Origin: Escherichia phage vB_EcoM_SP13
Sequence record: OP352608
Reading direction: 5' to 3' (one strand)
DNA: 64,000 nucleotides
Translations under genes and position numbers: made by a program
Notes under the pieces: generated by a model
What the model was told of the DNA's origin: nothing
What the model saw: the letters and a program-made list of their open reading frames with translations, nothing else
Databases searched by the model: none
In this document: positions 62,537-64,000 of the stretch, piece by piece
Numbering within the stretch: the first letter of the stretch is position 1
Layout of the letters: each line of letters starts with the position of its first letter

Positions 62537-62865
62537 TGACCCGTGATCAGATACTCGCCGCGCATGAGCGTGAGAAGGTGAAAGAGATTTGTAAAAGGCA
62601 CGCATTATTTGCTGACTCTTATGTGTTCTTAAAGTCTTGCATCAAACAAAACGCAAGGATGGATAACACTGTATTGACATTCAACCTTTTGTCTAACGGA
62701 GCAAAGCTTGATGCAATATGCGGGTGCAGAATTGCCAGCATGACGTTTGAACGAGGTGCTCACAAAGACTCTTTCTTCTATCAATTCTCCCACCGGACGG
62801 GTGATACAAAGATAACAAGGACAAGGCACGAGATAGAGATTGACCTACTCCACTATGTAAAATGA
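62533..62865 (+). CDS. hypothetical protein (110 aa)
   Basis: ORF with overlapping start. Confidence 0.5.
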   Translation: MMTRDQILAAHEREKVKEICKRHALFADSYVFLKSCIKQNARMDNTVLTFNLLSNGAKLDAICGCRIASMTFERGAHKDSFFYQFSHRTGDTKITRTRHEIEIDLLHYVK

Positions 62866-62881
62866 ATGTCAAAGGTGATTT

Positions 62882-63076
62882 ATGAGTGTTAAACTAGACA
62901 TACAGAAAACTCTTGATAAGGCCGCTGCAATAAAGAACTTCATGGATTGTTATGCCAGTTGCACGCTTTATGGAAGCGTGCCAAACGGCGACGTAAGGCC
63001 GGAAAGCATGCTTGAGTGGCTTGTTGAACATCGTTACATCATCGACATAGTTGATGAATACATAAAGCAGAAATGA
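62882..63076 (+). CDS. hypothetical small protein (64 aa)
   Basis: AAAGGTGA RBS. Confidence 0.5.
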   Translation: MSVKLDIQKTLDKAAAIKNFMDCYASCTLYGSVPNGDVRPESMLEWLVEHRYIIDIVDEYIKQK

Positions 63077-63160
63077 ATATCAAAAAGGTGAGCTAAATGC
63101 TTGCCTTTTCTTTTATCAATACTTATACTCTTTTCATCAAGACGAAAAGTGAGGTGAATT

Positions 63161-63478
63161 ATGATTTACTTAGGCATCGACAAGGAACAAGACGAGCGGT
63201 TAGGAAGCGTGTTAAACGTAGACTTGAACACAGCTGTACACATCAAGCCTTGGCCAGATGGCCACCCCGACGTAGTTGTACCCGTTGCGCCTTGGACGCG
63301 TTACGTTGCCATTGACAATAACGGCCTTGTTCATTGTTATTCAGAAAGGCCAACGTATTTCGAGATGTACCGCGAATGGCTCATGACTGGATGGGCAAAG
63401 GTGCGCTGTTGCGGCGAAGTCGGTCTGGATGGCTGGAGCTTCGAGGCTAGTGAATCGTGTGTCGAGGTGCAATTATGA
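63161..63478 (+). CDS. hypothetical protein (105 aa)
   Basis: GTGAGGTGA RBS. Confidence 0.55.
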   Translation: MIYLGIDKEQDERLGSVLNVDLNTAVHIKPWPDGHPDVVVPVAPWTRYVAIDNNGLVHCYSERPTYFEMYREWLMTGWAKVRCCGEVGLDGWSFEASESCVEVQL

Positions 63479-63693
63479 ATGGCGCGCTGGGTAAGTTGTC
63501 TTTCAACAAGCGTAATGAGCTGCGCATGGTGTCGCGCTTTCAGTTTGTATTGAACGCAATGTCGAATATTGCCATCACGATGCTTCGCGCTGATTGCCCT
63601 GCTGAAAAGCGTGAGACTTTATTTGAACGTCACAACCAATTACGAAAGGCTGCTTATAAGCTGCAGCAATATGCTATGGAGTATGCAAAATGA
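63475..63693 (+). CDS. hypothetical small protein (72 aa)
   Basis: ORF 63457..63693 trimmed to the ATG overlapping the upstream stop. Confidence 0.45.
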   Translation: MNGALGKLSFNKRNELRMVSRFQFVLNAMSNIAITMLRADCPAEKRETLFERHNQLRKAAYKLQQYAMEYAK

Positions 63694-64000
63694 GAATGAA
63701 GCGTTGCCCTTACTGCCACGATGTGATGCACCTTCCACACGAAGAGTTTGTGCAGCACATGACTAACTGTGATAAGAATCCTAATAGCGAAAGCCAGCTT
63801 GAAGAAAGAATGTTCTTGGTGTCATTCAAAGCTTCTGCTTATGAAGTGCAACGTTCTTACGGCGCACCAAGTACGATTTACTGTCCAACAACATTGAGAA
63901 GTGATATCGACTCAATTCAGCTTGCTGCCTGGATTAACGTTAAGGAAGGAATCACGCCGCACTTTATTGCGCGCATCCAATCTCAGATTCTACAAATGAA
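63690..64000 (+). CDS. zinc-ribbon-containing protein, 3'-truncated by the window edge
   Basis: ATG overlapping the upstream stop (ATGA); N-terminal CPYCHD ... H ... C cluster; frame stays open to position 64000. Confidence 0.4.
   Translation, partial: MRMKRCPYCHDVMHLPHEEFVQHMTNCDKNPNSESQLEERMFLVSFKASAYEVQRSYGAPSTIYCPTTLRSDIDSIQLAAWINVKEGITPHFIARIQSQILQM

Noticed and set aside
1-64000. Integrase, excisionase or repressor genes, or a diversity-generating retroelement
   Set aside because: No tyrosine or serine recombinase motifs and no reverse-transcriptase Y-x-DD box were recognised in any ORF, and no near-identical template/variable repeat pair was seen next to the fibre genes

Overview
The window reads as one contiguous piece of a tailed dsDNA phage genome, probably virulent (no integrase or repressor seen), contractile-tailed, and infecting a Gram-negative host (spanin pair with lipobox, GH19-type endolysin). 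Layout: (i) 1-4100, an early-type region with AT-rich/iteron repeats, a dense family of AATTTGCACTAT boxes, and a GC-richer island of small paralogous genes each behind a copy of the same sigma70-like promoter/leader cassette; (ii) 4116-9199, a minus-strand block of small genes plus a 769-aa tail fibre with a C-terminal S74-type intramolecular chaperone domain; (iii) 9379-37935, the plus-strand morphogenesis module (large terminase, portal, Mu-F-like head protein, fibre-repeat protein, an origin-like iteron locus, scaffold, major capsid, neck proteins, sheath, two paralogous tube proteins, tape measure with lytic transglycosylase domain, baseplate proteins, two tail fibres, endolysin); (iv) 37961-55516, the minus-strand replication module (ATP-dependent ligase, MazG-like protein, Rz/Rz1-like spanins, SSB-like protein, SNF2 helicase, VRR-NUC nuclease, DnaE-like polymerase, DnaQ-like exonuclease, Dda-like helicase) interrupted by a six-gene flavoenzyme/phosphatase operon with a divergent ThyX, which I rate the most interesting candidate for an undescribed system; (v) 55677-64000, a plus-strand module with an AEP-type primase, a VirE-like NTPase and many small genes. 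All calls come from motifs readable in the translations, synteny and signals in the DNA; no database search or structure prediction was run, so family names are hypotheses. Start codons were re-picked by eye where an in-frame ATG with a Shine-Dalgarno-like sequence was evident.
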